DNA from: the human T2T-CHM13v2.0 reference genome, Homo sapiens
NCBI RefSeq assembly: GCF_009914755.1
Contig: NC_060928.1
DNA: 64,000 nt
Direction: 5' to 3' (one strand)
This document shows positions 13,733 to 27,140 of this stretch, piece after piece. Both the position numbers and the translations under genes were made by a program. The notes beneath the pieces were generated by a model. The model worked only from the letters and a program-made list of their open reading frames with translations, searched no databases and was not told where the DNA came from. Within the stretch, counting starts at the first letter, position 1; every line of letters begins with the position of its first letter.

Positions 13733-14260
13733 GTGTACGTACACATGTATGTATGTGTACGTACACATATATGTATGTGTACGTACACATATATGTATGT
13801 ATGTGTACGTACACATATATGTATGGATGTGTACGTACACATATATGTATGGATGTGTACGTACACATATATGTATGGATGTGTACGTACACATATATGT
13901 ATGGATGTGTACGTACACATATATGTATGGATGTGTACGTACACATATATGTATGGATGTGTACGTACACATATATGTATGGATGTGTACGTACACATAT
14001 ATGTATGGATGTGTACGTACACATATATGTATGGATGTGTACGTACACATATATGTATGGATGTGTACGTACACATATATGTATGGATGTGTACGTACAC
14101 ATATATGTATGGATGTGTACGTACACATATATGTATGGATGTGTACGTACACATATATGTATGGATGTGTACGTACACATATATGTATGGATGTGTACGT
14201 ACACATATATGTATGGATGTGTACGTACACATATATGTATGGATGTGTACGTACACATAT
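13733..14260. repeat. Minisatellite, 26-bp unit gtgtacgtacacatatatgtatggat, about 20 copies
   Basis: Period read directly. Nearly homogeneous. Each unit carries the palindrome atgtgtacgtacacat. Confidence 0.95.
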
Positions 14261-14341
14261 TGTATATACACATACATATACGTATATATCTCTATATGTA
14301 CATATATATGTATACATAGGTAACTGAACGTACAGGTATGA

Positions 14342-14420
14342 ACCTGTACCCCAAAAACTATTGAAATAAAAATTAAAATCAAAAGAAAATTCTGATATCT
14401 CTCTCTATATATGTGTATAC
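14342..14420 (+). repeat. Second copy of the L1PB terminus/tail (from 12317-12398)
   Basis: acctgtaccccaaaaactattgaaataaaaattaaaat.aaaagaaaattctgat occurs at both sites, with 2 substitutions and a small indel. Confidence 0.93.
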
Positions 14421-14532
14421 ATATATACACACATATATATGTGTATACATATATACACACATATATATGTGTATACATATATACACACATATATACATAT
14501 ACATACATATATATCTCTATATATGTATACAT

Positions 14533-14696
14533 AGGTAACTGAACGTTGAATGACTATATATACTATATATAGTCATTACGTATATATACACTGTATATAG
14601 TCATTATATATATACACTATATATAGTCATTATATATATATGCACTATATATATAGTCATTTTATATATATATAGTCATTCAACGTTCAGTCACCT
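14533..14696. repeat. 30-bp inverted repeat (14533-14562 / 14667-14696) enclosing short tatagtcatt repeats
   Basis: aggtaactgaacgttgaatgactatatata is the reverse complement of tatatatagtcattcaacgttcagtcacct, with 1 mismatch. Confidence 0.92.
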
Positions 14697-15889
14697 TTTG
14701 ATTGAGATATATGTGCTTGATAGTGATGAATATGCATGTGTTTGTTTCTCCAAGCAAGATTTTTCAAATAAAGTGTTTCAAAGGACAGGCCATAGGCTGG
14801 GGAAAATTCTGCATGCCTCCCACTTCTCAGCAGTTTCCTTTATTCTCCTCCCTCCTCATGCCAAAACACCCTCTCAGATGCAAATTTTGTAACCCAATCA
14901 TTACTGCAGGACTTTGCTGTAAGCTACCTGTCAATTAAATTTCCCTGGAGTCTCTCAAACCACTCTACATTGCCTATTTTAAATCTATCAGTGGATGTGG
15001 ATAAGGATAAATATTGTCCATAGGGAAAAAAAAAAAGCACACACACAAATAAAAGAATGAACTATACCTAACAGTGGGATAGGGGAAGGAGAGATAAAGC
15101 TTCGAAGTCACTATTAACAGTTCAGATCATCTTTGAACAAAATAGCATTTACTGAAAGTCTTTTGATAGAAATATTTCCTATCCTTTCATAAATTTGTTC
15201 TTTCTTGTTAGGTGTTTCCTTTTTCCTTTTTTTCCTTTTGTTTTACCAATTCCACTATTGAGAAACTTATTAGATGTTTACTGAAAAGGGCTGGACCATT
15301 TTCGGAACTTGTGCAACCTTCAAAATTCTTAGTTTATTCAATATGTAGAGCTTCCACTATTGCTTAACTGCCACACCCTTTTCAAATTCCTTAGAAACTT
15401 GTAAATCTGAAACCAATCAGAGATGGTTAATTCATTTCATACAGTCCCAAATGCCAAAATACATTTTTTTCATGGAAAATTCAAGCTATTCCCAGATGTC
15501 AACCATAAACATGCATTTTCCTCCCCTTTTCTTCACTGTTTGGGTCATAAAACTAGTGCCACATTCACAGTAAGGAAGCAATGGCTCTAATTTTAATCTT
15601 TCATCTTGCTTTAGGCTAAACTGGAGGTCAGCTTTAAAGGGTATATTTGTTCTAGTCAGCCAACTTTATTGAGCCCTAACTATGCAGTAGGCATTGGGGA
15701 AAGTGGATGAATAAACCCAGTTTCTACTCTCAAGGATCTCAGTCTATTAATGGAAACACATTCATAGACAAATAATTATTAACAGTGAGAATCATTTCTA
15801 CAGATACAAAGGAAAAGATTAAGCCTATGTAGCTTTTTGTGGCAGAGGTAGATATCAGGAAAGGAACTAGAGAAAGTTGGAAGTGTGAA

Positions 15890-16630
15890 CACCATATGCC
15901 CAATAACTATTGAATGGATGAGCAAATTGTGGTACATCCACACAGTAGCATACCTGACAACAGTAAGAATGAACTACTGATACAGGCAACATCATGGATG
16001 AATCTCAAAAACATTATGCTCGCTGGACACAGTGGCTCATGCCTGTAATCCCAGCACATTGGGAGGCTGAGGAGGGAGGATTGCTTAAGTCCAGGAGTTA
16101 GACACCAGACAGGGCACTATAGTGAGAACATTTCTCTACAAAAAATTAGCCAAGTTAGTGGTGCATGCCTGTAGTCCCAGCTATTCAGGAGGCTGAGGTG
16201 AAAGGATCACTTGAGCCTGGGAGGCAGAGGTTGCCATGAGCCAAGATCAGGCCACTGCACTCCAGCCTGGGCAACAGATTGAGACTCTGTCTCAAAAACA
16301 AAATACAGAAACATTATGCTAAGTGCAGTATGCTGGATGTAGAAGACTACATAATGAATAATTCAATTTATATGAAATTATTTTAAAGACACAACTATAG
16401 TGACAGAAAACAAATCAGCAGATGTTGGGGCCGGGGGCAGGAGGAGGGGATAGACTGCAAGGTGACATAGGAACATTTTTGCAGAGTAATGTTCTAGATT
16501 ACAATTGTAGTGCTTATATGACTATATAAGTCTGTCAAAAGCCATTGAATTGTACATACTCTTAAAAATTGGTAAAATTTATCATATATATTGCATTGTA
16601 TTATGCCTTAATAAAGCTGACTTTTAAAAA
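15890..16630 (+). mobile_element. Old L1M 3' end split by an AluJ
   Basis: aaattgtggtacatcca, catggatgaatctcaaaaacattatgct, cttaataaagctga. Confidence 0.75.
16021..16307 (+). mobile_element. AluJ
   Basis: J-type body. TSD aaacattatgct on both sides. Confidence 0.93.
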
Positions 16631-17525
16631 TGAATGAGTCCAATTTTGCTATATATACACAGGGCATAGGAAAGGCAGGAAGAGGTTTCTGGAGGAGACT
16701 GCAGATAGAGACAACCAAAGACAGGGAAACATAAAACAACATCAGGGAGAAGAAGGGGTTATAAGTGGTTCATTATTTCTGGAGCCGAAGTGAAAGAGTG
16801 AGGAGGACTGAGACCAGAATTAGATTATGGAAGACTTTATGGCCATTCTCATCTTCCTGTAAAAAGTGTAGCTTTGGCCTTCAACAGGAAACAGCAAAAA
16901 GAGAAAAACACACTCTCCTAATCGATGACAATATGAGATGCTCTTGAGGTAGCTTAAGTCAGATATTTACCTGGAATAAATAAATATAATTATTTACATT
17001 GTAAAATCTAAAGTGCTAGCAAGATTATTTCTCAGCAATGATGTTGGCTCCCAAGAGCACTCCAGAAAATATTCTATTTTGAATTAGAGGCAAATTCACT
17101 CTACCAAAATTTAGCAATGTCCTGACTATACACTAGCCCCACAAAGTGGTCATTTGCCCCCTAGCCAAGCCAAATTAAAAGTTTGTGACACTTTTACAAC
17201 TAAATAATTTGAAAAAGTGAATTATCCATGATTAGTAGAAAAAAATGAAAATAGTGTTTTACCTAAGCATGAGAGAATAGGACAAAATAAGAAAAGTAGA
17301 TTAGGACATAAAAAGAAGCTAAAATGAATAATTTTGTAAGAAAATAACCTGCCTCAACCACAGCTTTTGTCAAAGGGCTTCCCTCAGTTAATCGATATCT
17401 GAGTCTACCTATCTTGAGAGAAAGTGGCTCTTTTGCCCTCTATTACAAGAGCTGACCCAAAGAGACTCAGGGTCAGGGCTTGTCCTATACTCTGGGCCAG
17501 GTCACAATAACCAACCCTCACCCCA

Positions 17526-17527
<2 letters not shown>

Positions 17528-17559
<32 letters not shown>
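17528..17559. repeat. (CA)n microsatellite
   Basis: Visible directly. Confidence 0.95.
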
Positions 17560-17561
<2 letters not shown>

Positions 17562-18049
17562 TTTTGGTGTACATACCTTGCCCATGTGCTTCACCAGACA
17601 TGCCTCCTGCTTCCTCCTCTAGCTCCAGAAAGCCTGTGTGTAAGCTCTGGCATCTGTCTCCTCGCAGGAAAGAAAACCACTTGAAAGACATTATAGGAGC
17701 CTCATTTTACTTTCTGGGAAATTAATATAAAAGATCCATAGGTTTTAGAGATAGACTCCAATTTGGAGATGGATGCAGTAATAAAAACAACAAAAGATCA
17801 CACAAATGTCACTTGTCTTCACAGTTAATACTTCCTCCTCTCCCTCTCCTCCCTTCCACTCTCTCTGTCTCTCTCTCCCCCCCTGCCCCCTCCTCTTTTG
17901 CTTGCATAGCTCCTTCACTTTATACCCATGCAGATAGAGTTGCCCAAATCAGCAAAGCAACTGTATCTGAAGTATCATGGGATAGATCTACCTCCATGTC
18001 AATATGCAGATTGTCTTGTCTTACCCTTCACACTGGAAGAATGATGATG

Positions 18050-18300
18050 ATATTAATATTAGTAATTATAACAATAATATTTCCACTCATTAAACACCTA
18101 CAACTCACCAGGCAGTCAACATTGCTAGTCCTTATAATCACCTGCAAAGCAGATGCTGCAATTCTCTTTTTACAGATGAAGCACTGAGACTCATAGAGAT
18201 AAAATAAGGTGCCCAAGGTCCAGTAAGGTGATAGTTGCAGAATGAAGATTGAAACGTTGATCAGTCTAACTCCAAATCTTATACTTTTTCCATAAAACAC
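18050..18300 (-). mobile_element. MIR
   Basis: tttacagatgaagcactgagactca...gcccaaggtc. Confidence 0.75.
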
Positions 18301-18470
18301 TGATGAAAAGTAAGGTGAGAAGGAAGGAAAGAACAAGAAGTCTGTTCTGTGTCCAGACATATTCAGGACCACATAGCTCCAAAGTTAGAGAAGCAAGTGC
18401 TGATGAACAAGACTTCAGAAAAATATCTATGTTCTATTCATATTCCACCAGTATTAAACCTGGCCACTGG

Positions 18471-19115
18471 AGAAGACAGTGTGGCGATTCCTCAAGGATC
18501 TAGAACTAGAAATACCATATGACCCAGCCATCCCATTACTGGATATATACCCAAAGGATTATAAATCATGCTGCTATAAAGACACATGCACGCATATGTT
18601 TATTGTGGCACTATTCACAATAGCAAAGACTTGGAACCGACCCAAATGTCCATCAATGATAGACTGGATTAAGAAAATGTGACACATACACACTATGCAG
18701 CCATAAAAAAGGATGAGTTCACGTCCTTTGTAGGGACATGGGTGAAGCTGGAAACCATCATTTTTAGCAAACTATCACAAGGACAAAAAAACAAACACCG
18801 CACGTTCTCACTCACAGGTGGGAATTGAACCATGAGAACACTTGGACACAGGAAGGGGAACATCACACACTGGGGCCTGTCATGGGGTGGGGGGAGGGGG
18901 AGGGATAGCATTAAGAGATATAACTAATGTAAATGACGAGTTAATGGGTGCAGCACACCAACATGGTTCATGTATACATATGTTAACAAACCTGCACGTT
19001 GTGCACATGTACCATAGAACTTAAAATACAATAAATAAATTTTAAAAAGAAAAAATAAAAGAAAAAATCTTATCCAGTAAAAAAATAATAATAAAATAAA
19101 AATAAAATAAAAAAA
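18471..19115 (+). mobile_element. L1PA (roughly PA4-PA6) 3' end, 5'-truncated, with 16-bp TSD
   Basis: ggcgattcctcaaggatctagaactagaaatacc, G-rich tract and A tail. TSD taaacctggccactgg at 18455-18470 and 19116-19131. Confidence 0.95.
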
Positions 19116-19152
19116 TAAACCTGGCCACTGGGGGAGTAAAGACTTCACCCAT

Positions 19153-19509
19153 TGTATTAGTCTATTCTCTTGCTGCTATGAAGAAATACCCAAGACTGGG
19201 TAATTTATAAAGAAAAGAGGTTTAATTGACTCACAGTTCCACATGGCTGGGGAGGCCTCAGGAAACTTACAATCATGGCAGAAGGCACCTCTTCACAGGG
19301 TGGTAGGAGACAGAATGAGTGTCAAATGAAGGGGAAAGCTCCTTATAAAACCATCAGATCTCATGAGAACTCACTCACTATCACAAGAACGGCATGGGGG
19401 AAACTGACCCCATGATTCAATTTTCTCCCCCTGGTCGTGCCTTTGACATGTGGGGATTATCAAAATTCAAGGTGAGATTTGGGTGGGGACACAGAGCCAA
19501 ACCATATCA
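19153..19509 (-). mobile_element. THE1D-like MaLR solo LTR
   Basis: tgtattagtc...agccaaaccatatca with 5-bp TSD cccat on both sides. Confidence 0.92.
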
Positions 19510-20589
19510 CCCATCCACCAGTCAACAATTATGATAAGGAAAATAATAGCTCCACCAAGGAGGTGATATTTAATCCAAGTCTCAAAAATAAGTTGGCATT
19601 TACCAGAGTAGGGGATTGAACATTATTTCAGATACAGCACTTTCAGTTACTAAAGCATTTCCTAAATATTATGGTGTTTAATACTAAGAAAAAGAGTGTG
19701 AGATAGGTGGGACTGTTATCGATATGTTCATTTTAAAGATTAGAAGGTTTAGGATACTGATGATCAGATAGGCTGATCTTATACCACATCACACATCCAG
19801 GCAATAGTATACATGGAAACACATTGGAGAGGAAAACTGGTTTTTGTAGGAATTGGGTTTTAAATTTTAAGGCAGAAAAAGAGGTATTTGCAGAGCACTT
19901 TTAAGCTTCTGTGCAATTCCCCCTAATTTAACACAGTAATAAGTTTTAGCTCAAAGGCTTTTTGAAGGAATAATAATTTTGAAAATCTTCCCTATTATCT
20001 TCTACCTTTTAAGGATGTAGGGTAAAAATGCTCTCCCAAAATATAAGTGTGCTTGAATGTGATCCATCCTGTCAGCAAAGGCAGGAGTAATCATAATGTA
20101 AAGATAGATTTTTGCGTATGGCTTATGCCAATGTTTGTATTTGATGAGGATGTCTGACAGGCAGATCATATGCAAATATTTGAGCTGACCGCCTAGAAAT
20201 GAGGGAACTGGGAAAGCAAAGATGAAAAGAAGGAGTTTAAAGAAAGTGGAGCAAGTTGTAGCATGTTTGGTGCAATTTGAAGGGAGCACCAGCACTGCTT
20301 TAATTGAGTTCATGCAAATCATTTAACAAACAAACAATACCCAGGACATGGGAGGCAGGATCAGCTTCAGGAAAACTTTTCTGTTGAGTCAGAAAAGATA
20401 TGAGAGAGAAATGCAGCAGCACACAGAGCAGATAGAACCAGAGTACCAAGTCAAGTTTAGGAGTTGTTGAGGCCAAAGGAAGCTGCAGAGTGGACCACCA
20501 AGACAGAGCTGATAGGATTACAGGAAGCTAAGACATGTCTTTTTGAATGGAAAAATAATAATAAATATTTTTTTCAAGAGAGCAAAATG

Positions 20590-20820
20590 GCTTTTATTGG
20601 ACATTATTGTGTTTCAGACACTGCCTTATATGCTTTATATTACTCATTATGTTTACAACAATCCCTTTAAGTTAGGTGTTACTGTCTTTATTGCATAGAT
20701 AAGGAAACTAATGATGATAAAGTTGAGTGACTTGCTCAAAGTCACACTACTGGTTGAGAGCCAGCTGAGTTTCAAACACAGTCTTCTGGCTCTGTTGCCC
20801 AAGTGCTCAGTCACTCTCCT
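20590..20820 (-). mobile_element. MIR
   Basis: atagataaggaaacta...gtgacttgctcaaagtcacac. Confidence 0.72.
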
Positions 20821-20896
20821 CTCTTTCTCACTCTTGGAACCTTGACTTGTGCACTAAAATATGTCCAACTTTCTCCAGATCTTCTAGTATGCTGTC

Positions 20897-21261
20897 TGCT
20901 ATGGACTGAATTATGTCCCTCCAAATTCATAGGTTGAAGTCCTAAGCCCTATGACTGTGTTTGGGGCTTTAAGGTGGTAATTAAGGTTAAATGAGGTCAT
21001 AAGAGTGAGGCCCTAATCCAGTAGGACTGGGACCCTTAGAAGAGTGAAAGAGACACTAGAGATGATGGGATGATTGCACATGTGAGGACACAGTGAGATG
21101 ACAGCCATTTATCAGCTGCGGAGAGAGACCTCACCAGAAACCAACTCTGCTGAAGCCTTGATCTTGAACTTCCAGCCTCTAAACTGTAAGGAAATAAAGT
21201 TCTGTTCTTGAAGCATCCAGTCTATGGTATTTTGCTATGGCATCCCTAGCCAACTAATGTA
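20897..21261 (+). mobile_element. MLT1A/B-type MaLR solo LTR
   Basis: tgctatggactgaatt...ttgatcttgaacttccagcctc. 5-bp TSD ctgtc on both sides. Confidence 0.88.
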
Positions 21262-21706
21262 CTGTCTAGCAGTAACAAAGGCCAGCCTAGGTTATGGAAA
21301 ATCAAATCAATACAGATATATTACCTGAAATATGAAATGCACGATGATACTTGGCTCTGCACCTGGGGTATTGTGCTAGACCTGGAGTTATACTATAACT
21401 TTGGAAGGTAACTGGTGAGGAAAATGGAATGATAGTTTAGTTATTAAACTTATATCTATTGAGTTCTCTCAATGAGCCAGATGTGAGGAATCTAGTGTAT
21501 AATTGGACAAGATATACATGTAAACAAATAAATGTGATGCCAAATGAAGTGAACTCTATAAAGGCATAGTGGATAGAAAGTGGAATTGGAACCAGGTTAA
21601 TTCGTGTTCAGATTCAAGGACTTCTAACATTATGAAATGGGGAAAATTGCCTAGTCTTCCTTTCCAAGCCTGCATTTTCTCATCTATAAAATGAGTTTAG
21701 GCTGAG

Positions 21707-22027
21707 GGCTGAGCACAGTAGCTCATATCTGTAATCCCGGCATTTTGGTAGGTCAAGGTGGGAGAATAGCTTGAGGCCTGGAGTTTGAGACCAGCCTGGG
21801 GAACAAAGACCCCCTCTCTACCAAAAAGAAAAAGATTTTTTTTTCAAGCAGCTGCGATATGGTAGTGAGCACCTGTAGTCCCAGCCTCAGGAGGCTAGGG
21901 TGAGTTGATTGTTTGAGCCCAGGAGGTTGAGGCTGCAGTGAGGTGAGCTATGATCATGCCACTGCACTCCAGTGGGAGCAACAGAGTGATACCCCATCTC
22001 AAAAAAATTAAAAACAAAAATAAAAGA
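21707..22027 (+). mobile_element. AluJ inserted into a MIR (MIR about 21565-22160)
   Basis: Diverged J body. TSD aaaatgagttta/aaagtgagttta. MIR core on both sides. Confidence 0.88.
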
Positions 22028-22439
22028 AAGTGAGTTTAACACATACACACCCCATAAAACCACTGCGAGATTAAATGACCTATTGTAAGTAAAGTAAATT
22101 TAAAGTACATGGCACGTGGTAGGTGCTCAATAAAGTGTATATAGAGTCATCATTGTAATTATCTATGAGATCTAGTGGGGGCAAGCATAAAAGGATTATC
22201 TTCTCTATATAGAAATATCAAAGGAAGACTTCCCAGAGAAAGTAATAATCTGAGTTTTTAAAAATGAGTAGTTTATCTGGCTGATAGAGAAAAATGTATT
22301 TGAAAGTGCAGTTCGGGTACAGAAAACAGCATGGGTAAAGATAAAAAGACATAAAACCAAATTGCAAGTTAGAGCACTATATTTAATTCAACATGGTTGA
22401 CCTAGAAATGGAAGGAATAGTGAATTAGGATATGGTAAA

Positions 22440-22790
22440 CACTGTTTATCACAAAGACCCAAAATAGCAGTGGCTTAAATCTGATAGTTTATTCTTCTTT
22501 CACATGAACGTTTGAGCAGCTACGGTTCCTCTTCTCTACAGAATCATCAGAGTCCTTGGTTCCTTTTATCTTTGTCTTCATCCACATAGTCCAAGGTAGC
22601 TCACTACCAAGTCCACATTCCAGTCAGCGGGAAGGAAGACAGCAAAGGATGGAATCATCACACTTTTCAAGGACAGAAGCCAGAAGTTGAACATGTGCCT
22701 TCTATCCATATCCTCTTAACCAGGAGTTAGTTACATGGACACTGTGACCTGCAAGGGAGCCCAGAAAATGTGGTATATGCCAAGATGTTA
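22440..22790 (-). mobile_element. Old MaLR LTR (MLT1J/K-like)
   Basis: aatagcagtggcttaaa...agttacatggacactgtgacctgcaaggga. Confidence 0.55.
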
Positions 22791-23301
22791 TTTTCCCATA
22801 CCAAATTCTTAGTTGCAGATTTTTACATTTTTGTTCCAACACTGCCAAAATTTTACCATAAGAACTCTTTTATCAATAGTATTTCTAAGGAAATTGCTAT
22901 GTTTAATACACCACAGTGTCTGCCACTAATTACTTATTCACCCAAAACTGGCTTCTCTTAGTATGACTACAGTTGGGCTCGCTGATCTGTGCACTCAGTA
23001 ATCTGCCCCATGTGCTCTCTTACCTCATGTTCACTGTGAGGAGAGGAGGATCTTTATCTCATTTGAACTGAGGGAGAAGAAAAATTTCCACATCGGGTGT
23101 CTGAGCAACAACGGGTTCCCTATTGAACAGAAACCCAATGCCAAGATATTGCCAAAGTAACCCTTTCAAATTCTCCCTAGGTCAGAAGTTTATTGTCTAA
23201 TTTCATAGCCATTTGATGGAAGTTGCAGTTACCATTTTAAATGTATAATGTACATTAGAATAGATAATTTACCTGTGTCATAATTAATTTATAAACTACC
23301 T

Positions 23302-23616
<315 letters not shown>

Positions 23617-24071
23617 CTACCTGACTAAACTAGAAATTAAAAAGAAAAAAAGTCTAATTTTTCAAAGTAAGAGTGCGTACATATTAAATGCATTTAAATG
23701 TCACAAGAAAAATTTTATCCATAAAAAGATAAATGACATTTCATCAAATAAAATCAAGAATCTGAAAACTATAAAGCTAAATATGGCAACAACTAAGTTC
23801 ATTATTTCTTTAAAAATAATAGACACCAAAAGTCTCTTTGAGTTAGGACAAAAAGTCAATTAACAAATGAAATAATTACTATAATTTAATTATAATACAG
23901 AATATCTAATGATATTGAAGTAGGTGATTAAGCCTAATAGTAATAAGTAATAAGAACTTGTGCCTTGTACTAGGTTCTAGGAGTAAAAGAAAAAAAAAAG
24001 TATATGACTGTATTTTCTTTTTTTTTTTTTTTAATTATAAGACAATGTATTGTAGACCCAGCTGCCTAACT

Positions 24072-24233
24072 CAGTGATTCTCAATCTTCTTGCCCACTAG
24101 AATAACCTTGATGGTTCCAAAAAATATATACCAATGCCCAGGTCAGACTTCAGCACCATATAAACAGACTGCCTAGAAGTGGAGCCCAGATGCCTAGGTG
24201 ATTCTTATATGCAGCCCTGGTTGGGAACTACTG
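24072..24233. mobile_element. MER5A-like hAT-Charlie MITE
   Basis: Terminal inverted repeats cagtgattctcaa...ttgggaactactg. Confidence 0.75.
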
Positions 24234-24234
24234 C

Positions 24235-24410
24235 CCTTACTAGGCTATGAGCTCCTTGAGGGAAAAGACTGTGTCTGGTTTATCCCTAAGCTCATCATAG
24301 TGCCTGACACATATAGATACTCAAATGTTCAATAAATGAATGGATGAGGGGGTGGATGGGTGGATGGATGGATGGATGCATGGATGGATAGATGGATGGA
24401 TAGATGGTTG
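24235..24410 (+). mobile_element. L2 3' end with (GGAT)n tail
   Basis: tgagctccttgaggg, gtgcctgacacata, then aatgaatggat repeats. Confidence 0.8.
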
Positions 24411-25649
24411 AAAGCTAGCATTTCCTGCTCTCAAGGTACTTATTATCAAGTAAGAAAAATACAACTTAAACACAGATAGTTAAGTAGACACAAGCCAGTA
24501 GATGTCGCATGATTACCACTGTATTTCACAACAGAGATTATGATCTGAAGGAAAGCCTAATTAAATGCTTACAAGGGAGAACTTTCATTTATAAGCCAAA
24601 CAGGAAAGGCTTCAATTACACTGCTGATTAACACTTAATTTTAAAAGAGAAGGAAGGAGTCATCACATAGATCTTAACACTTAAAAGGAATAAAAATAAA
24701 AATGCTATTAGCAATGAGGGAATGCAAAGACTAAACCTTGGAAGTGAATTTTTGAGTGCTGTAAGCCCTGTTTTAATACCACCTTCTCTAGGACAGACCA
24801 TGTGTCTGGTTTTGTTGGACTGGATTTTGTTTGGCTTGGTTTTATGGTAACTTTTCTCCCCTGTTATTATTTCCAGGTCACCAGGCCATTCTACTCTCTT
24901 TGAATCTACAATCAGTGCTTTCATCCAGATAGATGATCCAGTATTTGGATATTAATCTTTCCAGGGCACTCAGCCAGAAGCATTCTTACCTAACTCCTCC
25001 ACACCCTAGTGCCACTTAGCATCTAAATTGAGCCCAGATCCTTTGGTACCAAACACTGCTCACAAGGGACTATGCAAATTAAATGACTCCTTTTGAACAA
25101 CTGGGTATTTATAATTAATATACCTCCCAATGTAAATTAAATGAATAAATATGTTGTGGAAACAAATTACATTTGGACAAGAATCTTTTTTCAGGTCAGC
25201 TTGTATATTTATGTCTGATGAGGAAAGAGAAAATTCTTAGTTTCCTTGGGGAGGAAGTTATTAGAAAAATTTGAAATGTTTTTCAGCATAAAATTACATA
25301 ACGTATCCACTCAAAAACATCTCTAACAGAGTACGGCTTATCAGAAAACAAAAAATTATATTCAACTAGACACAGTAGGCAAATAAAATTCAGGCACAGA
25401 AATTGAAAAAATGATTTAAAGTTAGAGCTAAACCAAGATGCAAAGATTATGCCTCATGTTTTTCAACTTTTGATAAGTAATGTACCAAGGTTCTAGAGGC
25501 CTCTCATTCTCAGAAGTAAGACCAATCTGGGGAGTGTTCTAACTCCCCTCTGATTCCTGACTGATAAGAACCAAAAAGGAGGGCCCGAGACCACATATGG
25601 TACCACCTTTGGTGCAGCCATCAATGACAACTTCCCAAGCAGCAGAGCT

Positions 25650-27140
<1,491 letters not shown>

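Noticed and set aside
13022-14260. CRISPR-like array (26-28-bp palindromic repeats)
   Set aside because: Units are head to tail with no unique spacers, there are no cas genes, and the context is primate DNA.
12699-14532. Long ORFs of 198-590 aa on both strands
   Set aside because: Stop codons need pyrimidine-purine-purine, which alternating RY repeats rarely supply. The peptides are periodic Y/I/H/C/V/M/T strings with no gene context.
12427-14938. Duplicated small ORFs (IEIYVLDSDEY..., MRYMCLIV...) as a gene pair
   Set aside because: They result from the 226-bp duplication. There are no splice or promoter signals and no recognisable homology.
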